From assembly GCA_041665145.1 (NCBI GenBank), contig JBAYJK010000001.1, forward strand, positions 10,779 through 74,778: a DNA stretch of 64,000 nt, in the 5' to 3' direction. The DNA is from Patescibacteria group bacterium (GTDB lineage: Bacteria > Patescibacteriota > Microgenomatia > UBA1406). Position numbers and translations under genes: made by a program. Below the pieces are notes generated by a model. That model was not told where the DNA came from and did no database searches. It was given only the letters and a program-made list of their open reading frames with translations. This document shows positions 36,725 to 46,008 of the stretch, piece after piece; positions within the stretch are counted from its first letter, which is position 1, and each line of letters begins with the position of its first letter.

Positions 36725-36902
36725 TATGGTAATAAAACGAAAAAACTTCAAATTTAGCCTTGAAAACCTGGTACGAGCCAGTTTTTTTGTTTTTAGGGGT
36801 TAGCCTGGAAAAAATTTGACTGGTAACCGCATTCGGACCTGTTTTAGGCACCCTTAAGGGAGTACTGTCTTTTTTATTTGATTTGAGTTAAACTAAGATT
36901 AC

Positions 36903-39263
36903 ATGTCGACAAACTCAGAATTTCGCTCTTATCCCTTCATTCTAAAATCACTTGAAGATCTTGGTTGGAATGTCCGTAGCCCTCTTAAGCATCATGATGG
37001 TCAGGTATTTACCCAAAATGAATCTTTACATGATCCAATTCTCAAACCGCTTCTGGAAGGTGGTAAACCTGAAAATCTAGTCAAGGTTGCAGAGAATATC
37101 TATTGGGCTATAGAGGCTAAAGCAGAACATAGAGATTTGCAGAAAGCAATTCAAGAAGCTCAAATAGATTACGCCGCAAAAATAAACACCAGTAAAAAAA
37201 TTAAATGTTTATTTGCCACTGGAGTTGCTGGTCACGAAAACAACACATTCTTGGTTGAAACATATTTTTTTGATGGAATATCTTGGAAACGAGTACAAAT
37301 AAACAGTGTTGACACAACTGGTTTTATAAGCCAAGAGCAAGCACGTAAAATTGTTGATTTAAATGATCCAAATCTTCAAGATCAGGAAATACCTGAAGAG
37401 TTATTTATCGAAAAGGCCAATGGAATTAACCAAATCCTTCATGATGGCGCAATTAATAAAAGAAATAGGGCTCGAGTAATAGCTTCTCTTTTGCTGGCAT
37501 TAGCAAATGACGAATATCTACCTATCAGTGATGACCCCACAACTTTGATTGCAGATATAAATTCTAGGGTAAGATCTTTACTTAACAAATATGGAAAAGA
37601 AAATTTTGCTCAGGAGGTAGCCATAAGCTTACCAACATCTAGAGATAACCATAGGAAAAATCGTAGAGCCCTGGTTGATTGTATTCAAGAATTAAGAAGT
37701 ATAAACATAAAATCAGCAATTAATAGTGGATCTGATTTGTTAGGGCAATTTTATGAAATATTTTTAAAATATGCGAACGATGCAAAAGAAATAGGGATTG
37801 TGCTGACACCCAGACACATAACGAGGTTTTCAGCAGAAGCGTTAAATATTACAGATAAGGATTATATTCTCGATCCGACGTGTGGTACTGGCGGCTTCTT
37901 GGTTGCAGCATTAGATAGGGTTAAAAAATCTTCACCATCCCATATAGATACTTTCAAAAAATCACATATCTATGGAATCGAACAAGATCCAGAAGTTGTT
38001 GGTCTTGCCCTAGTAAATATGATCTTTAGAGGTGATGGAAATAGCAATATTTACGAAGGCAATACTTTCGATAACCTCTTTTTCAAAGAAGGACAAATCC
38101 ATACACGTATTAAACAAAAAGAATATGAAAGATTAATGGCAGCAGGCAATAATCCAGAGAGATTTATCACAAGAACATTAATGAATCCACCATTTGCTTT
38201 AGTAGATCCAGAGTATAAGTTTGTAGATCACGCTTTATCTCAGATGTCTGACGGTGGTTTGTTGCTTGCTGTGTTACCCGTTTCAACAATGTCATCAACG
38301 AGCGATGGAAGAGGGGAAATCACCTGGAGAAACAATCTTCTGAAAAGACATACTTTGAAAGCAGTTATTAAACTGTCAGAGGATCTATTTCTGCCAAACG
38401 CCCACAAAGGAACATATATTGTCATTATAGAAGCGTGGAAGCCTCATTCAGATGAAAAAGTCTTTTGGGCAATTATGGATGACGGTTTTACGATGAAAAA
38501 GTCAAAAAGATTGCCAAGCAGCAATATTCCATCAAATATGGATAAGATTTTGGAAGAACTTAAGGCATTTTTAATATTAAATAAAGCTCCAGAAGAAATT
38601 GAGAAAGTCATTGGATATAAGAAAATAGATCGAAATGATCAATCTGTAGATTGCGGTGTAGAAGCATATTTAGACGAAAAAATAGAACGAAACATTGACA
38701 TTGATTCAACTACTCAAAATCTTTTTAACATCCTTTTGCACCAAAAAAGGCCAGCTAAAATTAGCTTAGCTCCAGGTAGTTTTAAACTTGTAAATATGGC
38801 TGATGTTCTTGAAAATATCACTCGGGGTGATTGTCTACCATTAAATCAACTGAAACCAGGAACTATTCCTGTTGTTACAACCACTGAAGAAAATAATGGA
38901 ATAGGTGGTTTTCACAGTATAAATCAGGCTGCTATGTTTGAAAACACTATTACAATTCCTGCCAACGGGTCAAAATACCGTGCTTTTTATCACCCTTATA
39001 AATTTTCTGCAGTTGCAGATATATTGGTCTGCAGTCTGAAACCAGAGTTTGCTTCAATAGAAGCAAAGTTATTTATTTGTTCCGTTATAAATCAATCTAG
39101 TTGGAGATTCTCATATTTTCGTAAGTGTAATGAACAAAAAATCAGCAAGGATATCCAGATAGCTTTGCCCATTAAAGACGGAAAACTAGATTTACAGTTT
39201 ATCAGAAAAAGTTTAGAAACATCTCCTGCTTATCAAGGTCTGAAAGACATCTTAAGCCAATAA
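36903..39263 (+). CDS. Single-polypeptide restriction-modification enzyme (Type IIG-like): PD-ExK nuclease, gamma-class N6-adenine methyltransferase and an HsdS-like target-recognition domain
   Basis: N-terminus KPENLV...WAIEAKAEH (E...ExK). MTase motif I is LDPTCGTGGFLV and motif IV is NPPF. The C-terminal 200 aa resemble one HsdS TRD (GTIPVVTTTEENNGIGGF...ADILVCSLKP...FICSVINQ). Confidence 0.75.
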   Translation: MSTNSEFRSYPFILKSLEDLGWNVRSPLKHHDGQVFTQNESLHDPILKPLLEGGKPENLVKVAENIYWAIEAKAEHRDLQKAIQEAQIDYAAKINTSKKIKCLFATGVAGHENNTFLVETYFFDGISWKRVQINSVDTTGFISQEQARKIVDLNDPNLQDQEIPEELFIEKANGINQILHDGAINKRNRARVIASLLLALANDEYLPISDDPTTLIADINSRVRSLLNKYGKENFAQEVAISLPTSRDNHRKNRRALVDCIQELRSINIKSAINSGSDLLGQFYEIFLKYANDAKEIGIVLTPRHITRFSAEALNITDKDYILDPTCGTGGFLVAALDRVKKSSPSHIDTFKKSHIYGIEQDPEVVGLALVNMIFRGDGNSNIYEGNTFDNLFFKEGQIHTRIKQKEYERLMAAGNNPERFITRTLMNPPFALVDPEYKFVDHALSQMSDGGLLLAVLPVSTMSSTSDGRGEITWRNNLLKRHTLKAVIKLSEDLFLPNAHKGTYIVIIEAWKPHSDEKVFWAIMDDGFTMKKSKRLPSSNIPSNMDKILEELKAFLILNKAPEEIEKVIGYKKIDRNDQSVDCGVEAYLDEKIERNIDIDSTTQNLFNILLHQKRPAKISLAPGSFKLVNMADVLENITRGDCLPLNQLKPGTIPVVTTTEENNGIGGFHSINQAAMFENTITIPANGSKYRAFYHPYKFSAVADILVCSLKPEFASIEAKLFICSVINQSSWRFSYFRKCNEQKISKDIQIALPIKDGKLDLQFIRKSLETSPAYQGLKDILSQ

Positions 39264-39298
39264 AGTGAGACTTCATATATCTAATGTTTTTTAGTAAA

Positions 39299-39508
39299 TT
39301 ATGAACACTGCCTTGAAAAATCCTTGAAATTTTCGATTTTGAGATATTCTTTCAGCCCATTAAGTTGTACAATCAGCTCACGAGTAATGTAGTACCGTAA
39401 GCCGATTTTGATAAAAGAACTTAACGGTAAATCTGGTTGAAGTAGATATTGTTTGATAAGTTTATCCAGGCCAAAGTGGTTCGAGCCAATTACGGTTACC
39501 AGCTCCAA
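39299..39508 (-). CDS. Hypothetical small protein (TTG start)
   Basis: The only support is the ORF itself plus TAAACT 7 nt upstream of the TTG. Confidence 0.25.
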   Translation of the reverse strand: MELVTVIGSNHFGLDKLIKQYLLQPDLPLSSFIKIGLRYYITRELIVQLNGLKEYLKIENFKDFSRQCS

Positions 39509-39542
39509 ATAACTCAGTTTATTCTTAAAAAGACGCTTGTTA

Positions 39543-39571
39543 TTGACATAATCCAGGGAAAATATTATATT
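39543..39571 (+). promoter_or_regulatory. Sigma-70-type promoter TTGACA-N17-TATATT
   Basis: -35 at 39543-39548 and -10 at 39566-39571, 8 nt before the ATG at 39580. Confidence 0.5.
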
Positions 39572-39579
39572 CGCATGTA

Positions 39580-39864
39580 ATGGAAGAACTTGAAACCGCG
39601 CTTGTTCCGGCTGCAGCCCAAGAAACTGAAGAAACTCAAAGGTTGCGAATTATAGAAGCTGTTATTGTACAAAACAAACGATATTTAGCATCATTGGTCG
39701 CTAGAATCTCGAGAGATTTAGGATACGAAAGTGGTCTTAACCAAGGAGATCCAACGAAGGACCTGGCGGATCGCGCAAGAATTGAACAGGAGTTTGGGCA
39801 TGTATTGCTCGGATACCTCGATGATAAGATGAAAGATGAACTGAGAAAACAAGCTAACAGATAG
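39580..39864 (+). CDS. Hypothetical protein (94 aa, acidic and helical)
   Basis: ORF with a canonical promoter. No family was recognised. Confidence 0.4.
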   Translation: MEELETALVPAAAQETEETQRLRIIEAVIVQNKRYLASLVARISRDLGYESGLNQGDPTKDLADRARIEQEFGHVLLGYLDDKMKDELRKQANR

Positions 39865-39880
39865 AACAGCGTTCTTAATT

Positions 39881-40234
39881 ATGTCAACCCAGCAATCAAC
39901 CATCGACTTTATTCTGGAACAGCTCGAATCTCTCAAAACTGTTTCCGCACGGAAAATGTTTGGCGAGTATGCGCTGTATTATGACGGAAAAGTAGTCGGT
40001 TTGGTTTGCGACGATACTTTGTATATAAAGATTACGGAACAGGGGAAGAAGTTTGTCGGTACAGACTACCAGGAAGGCTGTGCATACAAAGGAGCGAAAC
40101 CTTCCATGATGATTGGTGATAAAATTGAAGACAGTAATTGGTTATCGCAGTTAATTCGTATTACCGCTGAAAGCCTGCCGTACCCCAAACCTAAAAAACG
40201 AAAAACTATCAATAGTCCTAAGTTGTTAGCATAG
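39881..40234 (+). CDS. TfoX N-terminal domain protein
   Basis: ARKMFGEYALYYDGKVVGLVCDDTLYIK matches the TfoX_N core (kMFGeygly.dGk.fali.dd.LylK). Confidence 0.6.
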   Translation: MSTQQSTIDFILEQLESLKTVSARKMFGEYALYYDGKVVGLVCDDTLYIKITEQGKKFVGTDYQEGCAYKGAKPSMMIGDKIEDSNWLSQLIRITAESLPYPKPKKRKTINSPKLLA

Positions 40235-40239
40235 TCGCT

Positions 40240-40785
40240 ATGTCAATCCACTTAACATACTTTGTCCACGGAACAACAACTGATAATGAAAAAGATATTT
40301 CTTCCGGGTGGGCAGATGTAGAGCTTTCCGAGTTGGGAAAGCAACAATCAGTTGATCTGAAAGATCTCATTAAAAACAGAAAATTTGACGTAGTCTTTTG
40401 TTCGGATTTAAAACGAGCAGTAGAATCTGCTCGGTTGATCTTTGAAAAAGCAACTCCGATTGTTTCTGATAAAAGATTACGAGAGTGTAACTATGGAGAT
40501 TTTAACGGCAAACCTTCTTCAATAGTCGAGCCGTTGCAGGAGAAATATGTAACCACTGTTTTTCCTCACGGAGAAAGTTATGAGGGAGTTAAGTCCAGGG
40601 TAGAGGATTTTCTTAAATATTTAAAGAGCACATATGACGGTAAAAACATCGCAATTGTTGCTCATAAAGCACCCCAACTGGCGCTAGACGTACTAGTAAA
40701 TGGAAAAACGTGGGAACAGGCATTTGCGGAAGATTGGCGAAAACGAAAAGTGTGGCAGCCGGGTTGGGAGTACATACTTAAGTAG
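40240..40785 (+). CDS. Histidine phosphatase (phosphoglycerate mutase-like) family protein
   Basis: YFVHGTTTDN (RHG-type motif with V in place of R), SDLKRAVESA and VAHKAP. Confidence 0.6.
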   Translation: MSIHLTYFVHGTTTDNEKDISSGWADVELSELGKQQSVDLKDLIKNRKFDVVFCSDLKRAVESARLIFEKATPIVSDKRLRECNYGDFNGKPSSIVEPLQEKYVTTVFPHGESYEGVKSRVEDFLKYLKSTYDGKNIAIVAHKAPQLALDVLVNGKTWEQAFAEDWRKRKVWQPGWEYILK

Positions 40786-40900
40786 TTTTGGTAATATAAA
40801 TATATGACTAATTTAGAAATAGGATTTCTCATTGCTCTTTTTGCCTGCATTGTTGGGGGAGCGTGGGTGGTAAAAGGAAAAAAGAAAAAGTAATTCAGGT

Positions 40901-41374
40901 TTACAATGTTCGTCTCAAATCCTTTATATCGATAATTGCTTTCCGTGGGGTATTTTTGAAGTTGTCTTTTATGTCTTTCAAGAGCCAATCGCGGATCTCC
41001 AAAGGGTACACGAGCATATCTTTCAAGGCATCAACCTCAACCCACATCGGCTCATAATAATCTCCGGTTTTTTTATCCATTGATTCTTTTTCGTTTCCAT
41101 CCCCAAGCTGTGGCGTTCCGGATATGTGCGAACAGAGGTAAAAATATTGGTCGCTGTCTTCGGGATAATGGTGGTGATAGAGCAGTTTGTCTATTTTTAC
41201 TTCCAATGTGGTTTCTTCCATCACTTCCCGCAGTACGGCTTCTTCAACTGTCTCGTTGTTTTCTACGCCTCCACCCGGAAATACATTATATTTTTCTCCA
41301 AACCGGTTCCGTTTCATCAACAGCACTTGACTGTCTTTAATAATAATGGCCACTGCCCGAATATGTTTTCGCAT
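40901..41374 (-). CDS. Nudix hydrolase
   Basis: Box GGGVENNETVEEAVLREVMEETTL. TATACT lies 6 nt upstream of the ATG. Confidence 0.8.
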   Translation of the reverse strand: MRKHIRAVAIIIKDSQVLLMKRNRFGEKYNVFPGGGVENNETVEEAVLREVMEETTLEVKIDKLLYHHHYPEDSDQYFYLCSHISGTPQLGDGNEKESMDKKTGDYYEPMWVEVDALKDMLVYPLEIRDWLLKDIKDNFKNTPRKAIIDIKDLRRTL

Positions 41375-41427
41375 TTTCTAAGTATAGCAATCCTGCAAAT
41401 GACGTACTTAAATTGTATAATTTGACA

Positions 41428-41916
41428 ATGCATGTGAATCTTGTAAATCCAGAAAGTAATCTTGAGGAAATAAAGTTGGTTGCACAAAGCGCCTTTCAAA
41501 ATACTCCTGATTCTTCTCTTGAGGAATGGTTCTCTTTTAGCGAAATGAAGGACAATCTTAAATCAGGTAGAGGTCTGTGTGTTAAGTCCGAAAGTGATTC
41601 CGGTGAGATTGTGGGTATGCTATATGCTCAGCAAGAAAGTCCGATTAACGGGAAAGAGGGTTTAGAGAAATGGGTAATTGTAATAGCTGCAGTTCTTCCT
41701 AAATTTTCCGGGCAGGGGGTAGGGACTGAACTGTTGCGTAAGATTGAAGTTGAAGTAAAGCATAAAGGTGCTCTAAAGCTATTCACTTATACAAATAAAG
41801 ACGACCAAAAAGTAATTGACTTCTACAAAAAGAATGGTTTCGTTGATGCTGGGTGGATCAAAGACTATCAATATGGCAAAAATAATTCGGCAGTCTTTCT
41901 CCTCAAGTATTTGTAA
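41428..41916 (+). CDS. GNAT-family N-acetyltransferase
   Basis: VLPKFSGQGVGTELLRKIE (Q/RxxGxG/A acetyl-CoA loop). TATAAT lies 6 nt upstream of the ATG. Confidence 0.75.
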   Translation: MHVNLVNPESNLEEIKLVAQSAFQNTPDSSLEEWFSFSEMKDNLKSGRGLCVKSESDSGEIVGMLYAQQESPINGKEGLEKWVIVIAAVLPKFSGQGVGTELLRKIEVEVKHKGALKLFTYTNKDDQKVIDFYKKNGFVDAGWIKDYQYGKNNSAVFLLKYL

Positions 41917-41969
41917 TAGCTATTTCCCGTAGTGTATAATAGTTTAGCTAAGTTAAACAAAGTATAACT

Positions 41970-42602
41970 ATGAGAAAAACAAGCTTGCTGGGATTTTCTA
42001 TTCCACCGGAATTAAAAGAAAGATTCGAGAAGATTGCTACAGCAAAACACATGACGAAGAGCGAAATGTTCCGTCATTTGCTGGAAGAAAATAATAAAAA
42101 CGCAACTTCGGTTATTAAACCAACTGAGAAAAACCTTGCGACTATACTGAAATCCTATTGGGACGTTAAGTCTACGGCTGAGCAACAAACATTAGTGATC
42201 GGTCTTGCAATAATTGTTGAGAATGGCAAAGTTCTTATCGGTGCACGAAAGAAAAAAGATGCGTGGGTTGATAATTTAAGTTGGGTGTTTCCTGGAGGGA
42301 AATTTGAAACGTTAAATTTTGAGGAGGAACTACGAGGAAAAGTCAAAAAAGAGACTGCTATGGAAGTAGAGGTTAAAAGTCTGGTTAGTGCTCGAATACA
42401 TCCAGATTCAGGATTGAAACCTATTCAGATAATTGCTCTATACTTTTATTGTATTCCGAAAATCACGTCTCAATCTAAACCGAAGGGTGGTTTGGCAAAA
42501 CTTAAATGGGTAAATCCACTAGATGTTTTCCGGTACTTTACCACTTCAACAAATGACGAGGTAACAAAATTCCTCGCTACAATCGAGAAAGCGCAAGAAT
42601 AG
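41970..42602 (+). CDS. Ribbon-helix-helix (CopG-like) domain fused to a degenerate Nudix domain
   Basis: N-terminus FSIPPELKERFEKIATAKHMTKSEMFRHLLE is an RHH pattern. The Nudix-fold region GGKFETLNFEEELRGKVKKETAMEV has the REx2EE catalytic positions replaced (KVKKET). Confidence 0.6.
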   Translation: MRKTSLLGFSIPPELKERFEKIATAKHMTKSEMFRHLLEENNKNATSVIKPTEKNLATILKSYWDVKSTAEQQTLVIGLAIIVENGKVLIGARKKKDAWVDNLSWVFPGGKFETLNFEEELRGKVKKETAMEVEVKSLVSARIHPDSGLKPIQIIALYFYCIPKITSQSKPKGGLAKLKWVNPLDVFRYFTTSTNDEVTKFLATIEKAQE

Positions 42603-42604
42603 TA

Positions 42605-43192
42605 TCAGCTGCGAATTGGGTTTTCAGTGACTTTTTTCAATTCTTCGTAGAAACCAACAAGCAACCCCTTTGCTTTATCCCAGTGTGCGTCCACATCTTC
42701 TAGCGGAGTGTTTGGGTCTTCCGCTAAATCATGTTCATACGTCGCTGCTGCCTTTAATTCTCCGGCATATGTTAATAGTTCAACATCAACCCCGAATTGT
42801 GTCGCATAGAGCAAAGCAAACAAGCGGGCAAGTTCTGTTTTGTCTAATTCATGTTCAAGTTTGTCATGAAGTTGCCACCAGGCGACTTCCAGTTTTCCCA
42901 TCTCCTCCGGATTGAATGCGGCACCCGTTTTGGATTTTATCAGAGCATAATACTTTGTTACTTCATCTATTGCTTTGTCCCATTCTCGCGTGTCATGGAA
43001 TTTCACTCCTCCGGCGAGGAGCTGTAAAGCTTTTTCAGCTTCTTCTTCATCGAGCTTATAAAGCAGCATATTTTGTTCAGTGAGTAATTTAACCATCTCG
43101 GGTTTATTTTTCTCATTGTGAGCTTTCCACCATCCCACTTCCAATGTGCCGAGACGGGTAGGGTCGGTTATGGAGATTCCCATGTAAGTCAT
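42605..43192 (-). CDS. Hypothetical helical protein with an internal duplication
   Basis: LEVGWWKAHNEK... and LEVAWWQLHDKL... mark two related halves. No family was recognised. Confidence 0.45.
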   Translation of the reverse strand: MTYMGISITDPTRLGTLEVGWWKAHNEKNKPEMVKLLTEQNMLLYKLDEEEAEKALQLLAGGVKFHDTREWDKAIDEVTKYYALIKSKTGAAFNPEEMGKLEVAWWQLHDKLEHELDKTELARLFALLYATQFGVDVELLTYAGELKAAATYEHDLAEDPNTPLEDVDAHWDKAKGLLVGFYEELKKVTENPIRS

Positions 43193-43220
43193 TTTATCAC
43201 TATCCTGATATACTTGAAAT

Positions 43221-43721
43221 ATGGGCGTACTCCTGCAATCTTACAAACAAAAAATAAAAAACCTGCCAAGAAAGGCGACGGTCGTGTTTTTAGTTACGGA
43301 AGATAAAATTTTACTCGGATTTAAAAAGATTGGATTCGGGAAAGGGAACTGGACGGGTATTGGAGGAAAGGCCGAAGAAGGGGAAACAATCGAAGACGCC
43401 GCGAAACGCGAACTGTATGAGGAGACGGAAGTAACCACAAGTGAACTAGTAGACTGTGGAGTTGTCAATTTTTATTTTCCCCACATTGAAGACGAAATAT
43501 GGAATCAGGAGGTGCACGTATACCTGATAAAAAAGTGGAACGGGGAACCCAAAGAAACAAAGGAAATCAAACCGCAATGGTTCGAAAAACATAAAATTCC
43601 CTATACCACCATGTGGGACGATGCCCACTATTGGCTGCCGATGGTGCTCGGCGAAAAGAAAGTTTTCGGGGAGTTTGTGTGTGATGAATCCGGTAAAGTA
43701 GTCGACTATACGATTACTTAA
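43221..43721 (+). CDS. Nudix hydrolase (MutT/8-oxo-dGTPase-like)
   Basis: Box GIGGKAEEGETIEDAAKRELYEETEV. TATACT lies 6 nt upstream of the ATG. Confidence 0.8.
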   Translation: MGVLLQSYKQKIKNLPRKATVVFLVTEDKILLGFKKIGFGKGNWTGIGGKAEEGETIEDAAKRELYEETEVTTSELVDCGVVNFYFPHIEDEIWNQEVHVYLIKKWNGEPKETKEIKPQWFEKHKIPYTTMWDDAHYWLPMVLGEKKVFGEFVCDESGKVVDYTIT

Positions 43722-45636
43722 TATCACAGCTCCTGGCAATATCAACCAAAGTCATTGTGTTTTTTCCTTTACCCACTTTTAATTGTTTCGTATGAGTAAT
43801 TGCTGACTGATCTTTGAAATATTTTGTCTCGACAAAATCAATGTCATACGCATGCGCTAATGAACAGACGTCGTCCGCAGTATGAGACGAATAGATTCCT
43901 TGCAGGACACCAAAGCGTAATTTAGTATTAAGCTGCAAATCCTGCCCGGCGTAATTACCCAAGAATACTTTTCTACCTGCCATATGAATTTCACGGGTAC
44001 GTAACGTAAGAAAAACCGCGTCTGGAGACGTTTTTTGTCGCAGCTGCAAAACTAATGGTGAAGCTTCATAAGCATACGGGATGGAAGGTTGGGAATTAAA
44101 AAATGGAATAAGTTCCAGAAATCCTGAGGCTGTCATGAGGATGAAAAATAGTGAGCCGACAAACAACATGGTCCTGCCCTTATGTTTAAACACTTCATAT
44201 AAAGCATAAGCTGCTATTAAATCTACAAATATGTTCATCGGTCGGAGCCATTTGTGGTTGTCATAAATGGACAGAGGCGACAATTGGATGGTGTTAACCA
44301 ATATAAAGGTGGGAATGACAACGGATAGAAACAATACGGTAAGTTTTTTGTTTCTTTTATACAGAAGAGCAGACCCGAAAATGAAAAAGAGAATTTTCAG
44401 GCCATATGCATAGACATAATACCCGACAGCATTAATAAGGGATAAGGGATAAATTTTCCCCATGGTTGGAAAGCTGAAGTTGATTTTTGGAAAGTTTCCG
44501 ATAGCGGGATTAAACCATACCGATTGCATCAGGCTCTTGAAATAGAGTATATGTAAAAGAAAAATGGCACTAAACGGTAATAGAAAGTAGAGTGTTTTCC
44601 TTTTGTCTTTATCAAAGATGAGAAGAAACAATAAAGAACACGCAATTGTTATTGATATATACAAATGCCACAGAATGCTCATACCCGCAAGGGCCCCCGC
44701 CAGTATTAATGCTTTGTTCGGAATTTTTTCCCGTTTATAGAGTAGCCATAAGAAGAAAATTAAAAGAATAATTCCCATAACCATTTGTCGCTCAGCCAGG
44801 AAATAAAACATATTGAACATATTACCGTTGTAACCGTATGGGTTGCCGGGAATGAAAGAAAAAAAGTAAGGATTTGCCGCATTGGTAAATATGTTTGTCA
44901 CTGTGCGTAATAAGTCGCGGTACGGAGGTTGGGAAAAGTAGTGGAGAATATGCAGGCTAGACGACGTTACGGTGAAAAGCATTGCTAGAATTCCCACTTT
45001 TAGCGATTTAAATAACTCCTCTCCGATCCCGATTATTCCTACGAGCAAAAAAAACAAATTGAGAACACTGATCAGATTTACACTGTCAACCAGTCCCAAC
45101 CCTGCAGACGAATATATGGAAACCAGAAAACCCCAAAAGAAATGGTATGTAGACGGCATCCCGGCAAACGATTCGTTTTGGGGAGGAATGTTATCACCAT
45201 GAACAAAGTTTTGTATAAGCGGTGCATGCCATTGAAAATCCCAATATGCAGGACTCGTATAAATCACACCTCCGTCCGATTCTAAATGCGGTTTGTAGAA
45301 ATACGCGGAAAATAGGAATACGGCTAATAGCAGAGCAAACGTAAACAGATTGGTTTTGCTGTAGCGTACTTTCTTGAGTTGTACCACCACATATTTATGC
45401 GCAATTATCAGGAGCAAAAGTAACAGAACAAAACTCATCATCAGAGCTTTTGAGAACAGCCCGCTCATGGGAAACAAACTCAGAACTGTTGCAGAAAAGA
45501 AGGTGAATGTTGCAAGGATATATTGCCCACCGAACCATGAAAGTGACAGCTTTAAGTATGTGCTTTTGATGAGTTTATTAAATACAATCCAAAGAAGGAG
45601 GGTTGGGAGAACGATGAAAAAAGAAGTAAACAACAC
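43714..45636 (-). CDS. Large polytopic membrane protein, probable GT-C-type glycosyltransferase
   Basis: GTG start with TAAAAT 6 nt upstream. At least 14 hydrophobic helices and a soluble C-terminal domain of about 120 aa. Assignment is by architecture only. Confidence 0.4.
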   Translation of the reverse strand: MLFTSFFIVLPTLLLWIVFNKLIKSTYLKLSLSWFGGQYILATFTFFSATVLSLFPMSGLFSKALMMSFVLLLLLLIIAHKYVVVQLKKVRYSKTNLFTFALLLAVFLFSAYFYKPHLESDGGVIYTSPAYWDFQWHAPLIQNFVHGDNIPPQNESFAGMPSTYHFFWGFLVSIYSSAGLGLVDSVNLISVLNLFFLLVGIIGIGEELFKSLKVGILAMLFTVTSSSLHILHYFSQPPYRDLLRTVTNIFTNAANPYFFSFIPGNPYGYNGNMFNMFYFLAERQMVMGIILLIFFLWLLYKREKIPNKALILAGALAGMSILWHLYISITIACSLLFLLIFDKDKRKTLYFLLPFSAIFLLHILYFKSLMQSVWFNPAIGNFPKINFSFPTMGKIYPLSLINAVGYYVYAYGLKILFFIFGSALLYKRNKKLTVLFLSVVIPTFILVNTIQLSPLSIYDNHKWLRPMNIFVDLIAAYALYEVFKHKGRTMLFVGSLFFILMTASGFLELIPFFNSQPSIPYAYEASPLVLQLRQKTSPDAVFLTLRTREIHMAGRKVFLGNYAGQDLQLNTKLRFGVLQGIYSSHTADDVCSLAHAYDIDFVETKYFKDQSAITHTKQLKVGKGKNTMTLVDIARSCDIK

Positions 45637-45717
45637 GGATTAATTTTATCAGCTCGTCCGATTTCATGACGCGATTGTCTCGTTGGTATGCATTTCCGCT
45701 GATTAAATATATGCTTA

Positions 45718-46008
45718 ATGTGCGGACTAAGCTATTACAAGAAGCTTGGCTGGAATATTATTAATCGCCGACGAATGCTTGATATTTCTCAGGAGCGACT
45801 CGCATATGCTTCGGATGTCGACAGAACGTATATGGGCAAAATAGAGCGGGGAGTTGCAAACCCGACGGTAAAAGTTCTGCATAAACTTTCCCGAATTCTT
45901 CACACCACAATATCCGAATTAACCAAAAACATTTACATACTTGTCCTGTTTTTATTTTACCGTTACGCTTTTGGCTATGTTGCGCGGATGATCGACGTCG
46001 TTGCCTAA
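45718..46008 (+). CDS. XRE-family helix-turn-helix protein
   Basis: INRRRMLDISQERLAYASDVDRTYMGKIERGVANPTVKVLHKLSRIL is an HTH_3 pattern. The 3' end overlaps the convergent glmS end by 57 nt. Confidence 0.65.
   Translation: MCGLSYYKKLGWNIINRRRMLDISQERLAYASDVDRTYMGKIERGVANPTVKVLHKLSRILHTTISELTKNIYILVLFLFYRYAFGYVARMIDVVA

Noticed and set aside
36726-36806. A 26-codon ORF starting 1 nt after the tRNA-Gly CCA (ATG at 36726), by analogy with the tRNA-Tyr/ATG junction.
   Set aside because: It is too short, it has no recognisable features, and the region contains a terminator-like hairpin (ctggtacgagccag followed by a T-run).
39470-39510. A tRNA-3'-end-like string (GGTTCGAGCC...CCAGCTCCA) that could mark an attR for an island starting at tRNA-Gly.
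   Set aside because: Alignment to the real tRNA-Gly 3' half is poor. The string coincides with the start of a possible minus-strand ORF. The only other shared word (gccttgaaaa, at 36756 and 39311) is too short to mean anything.
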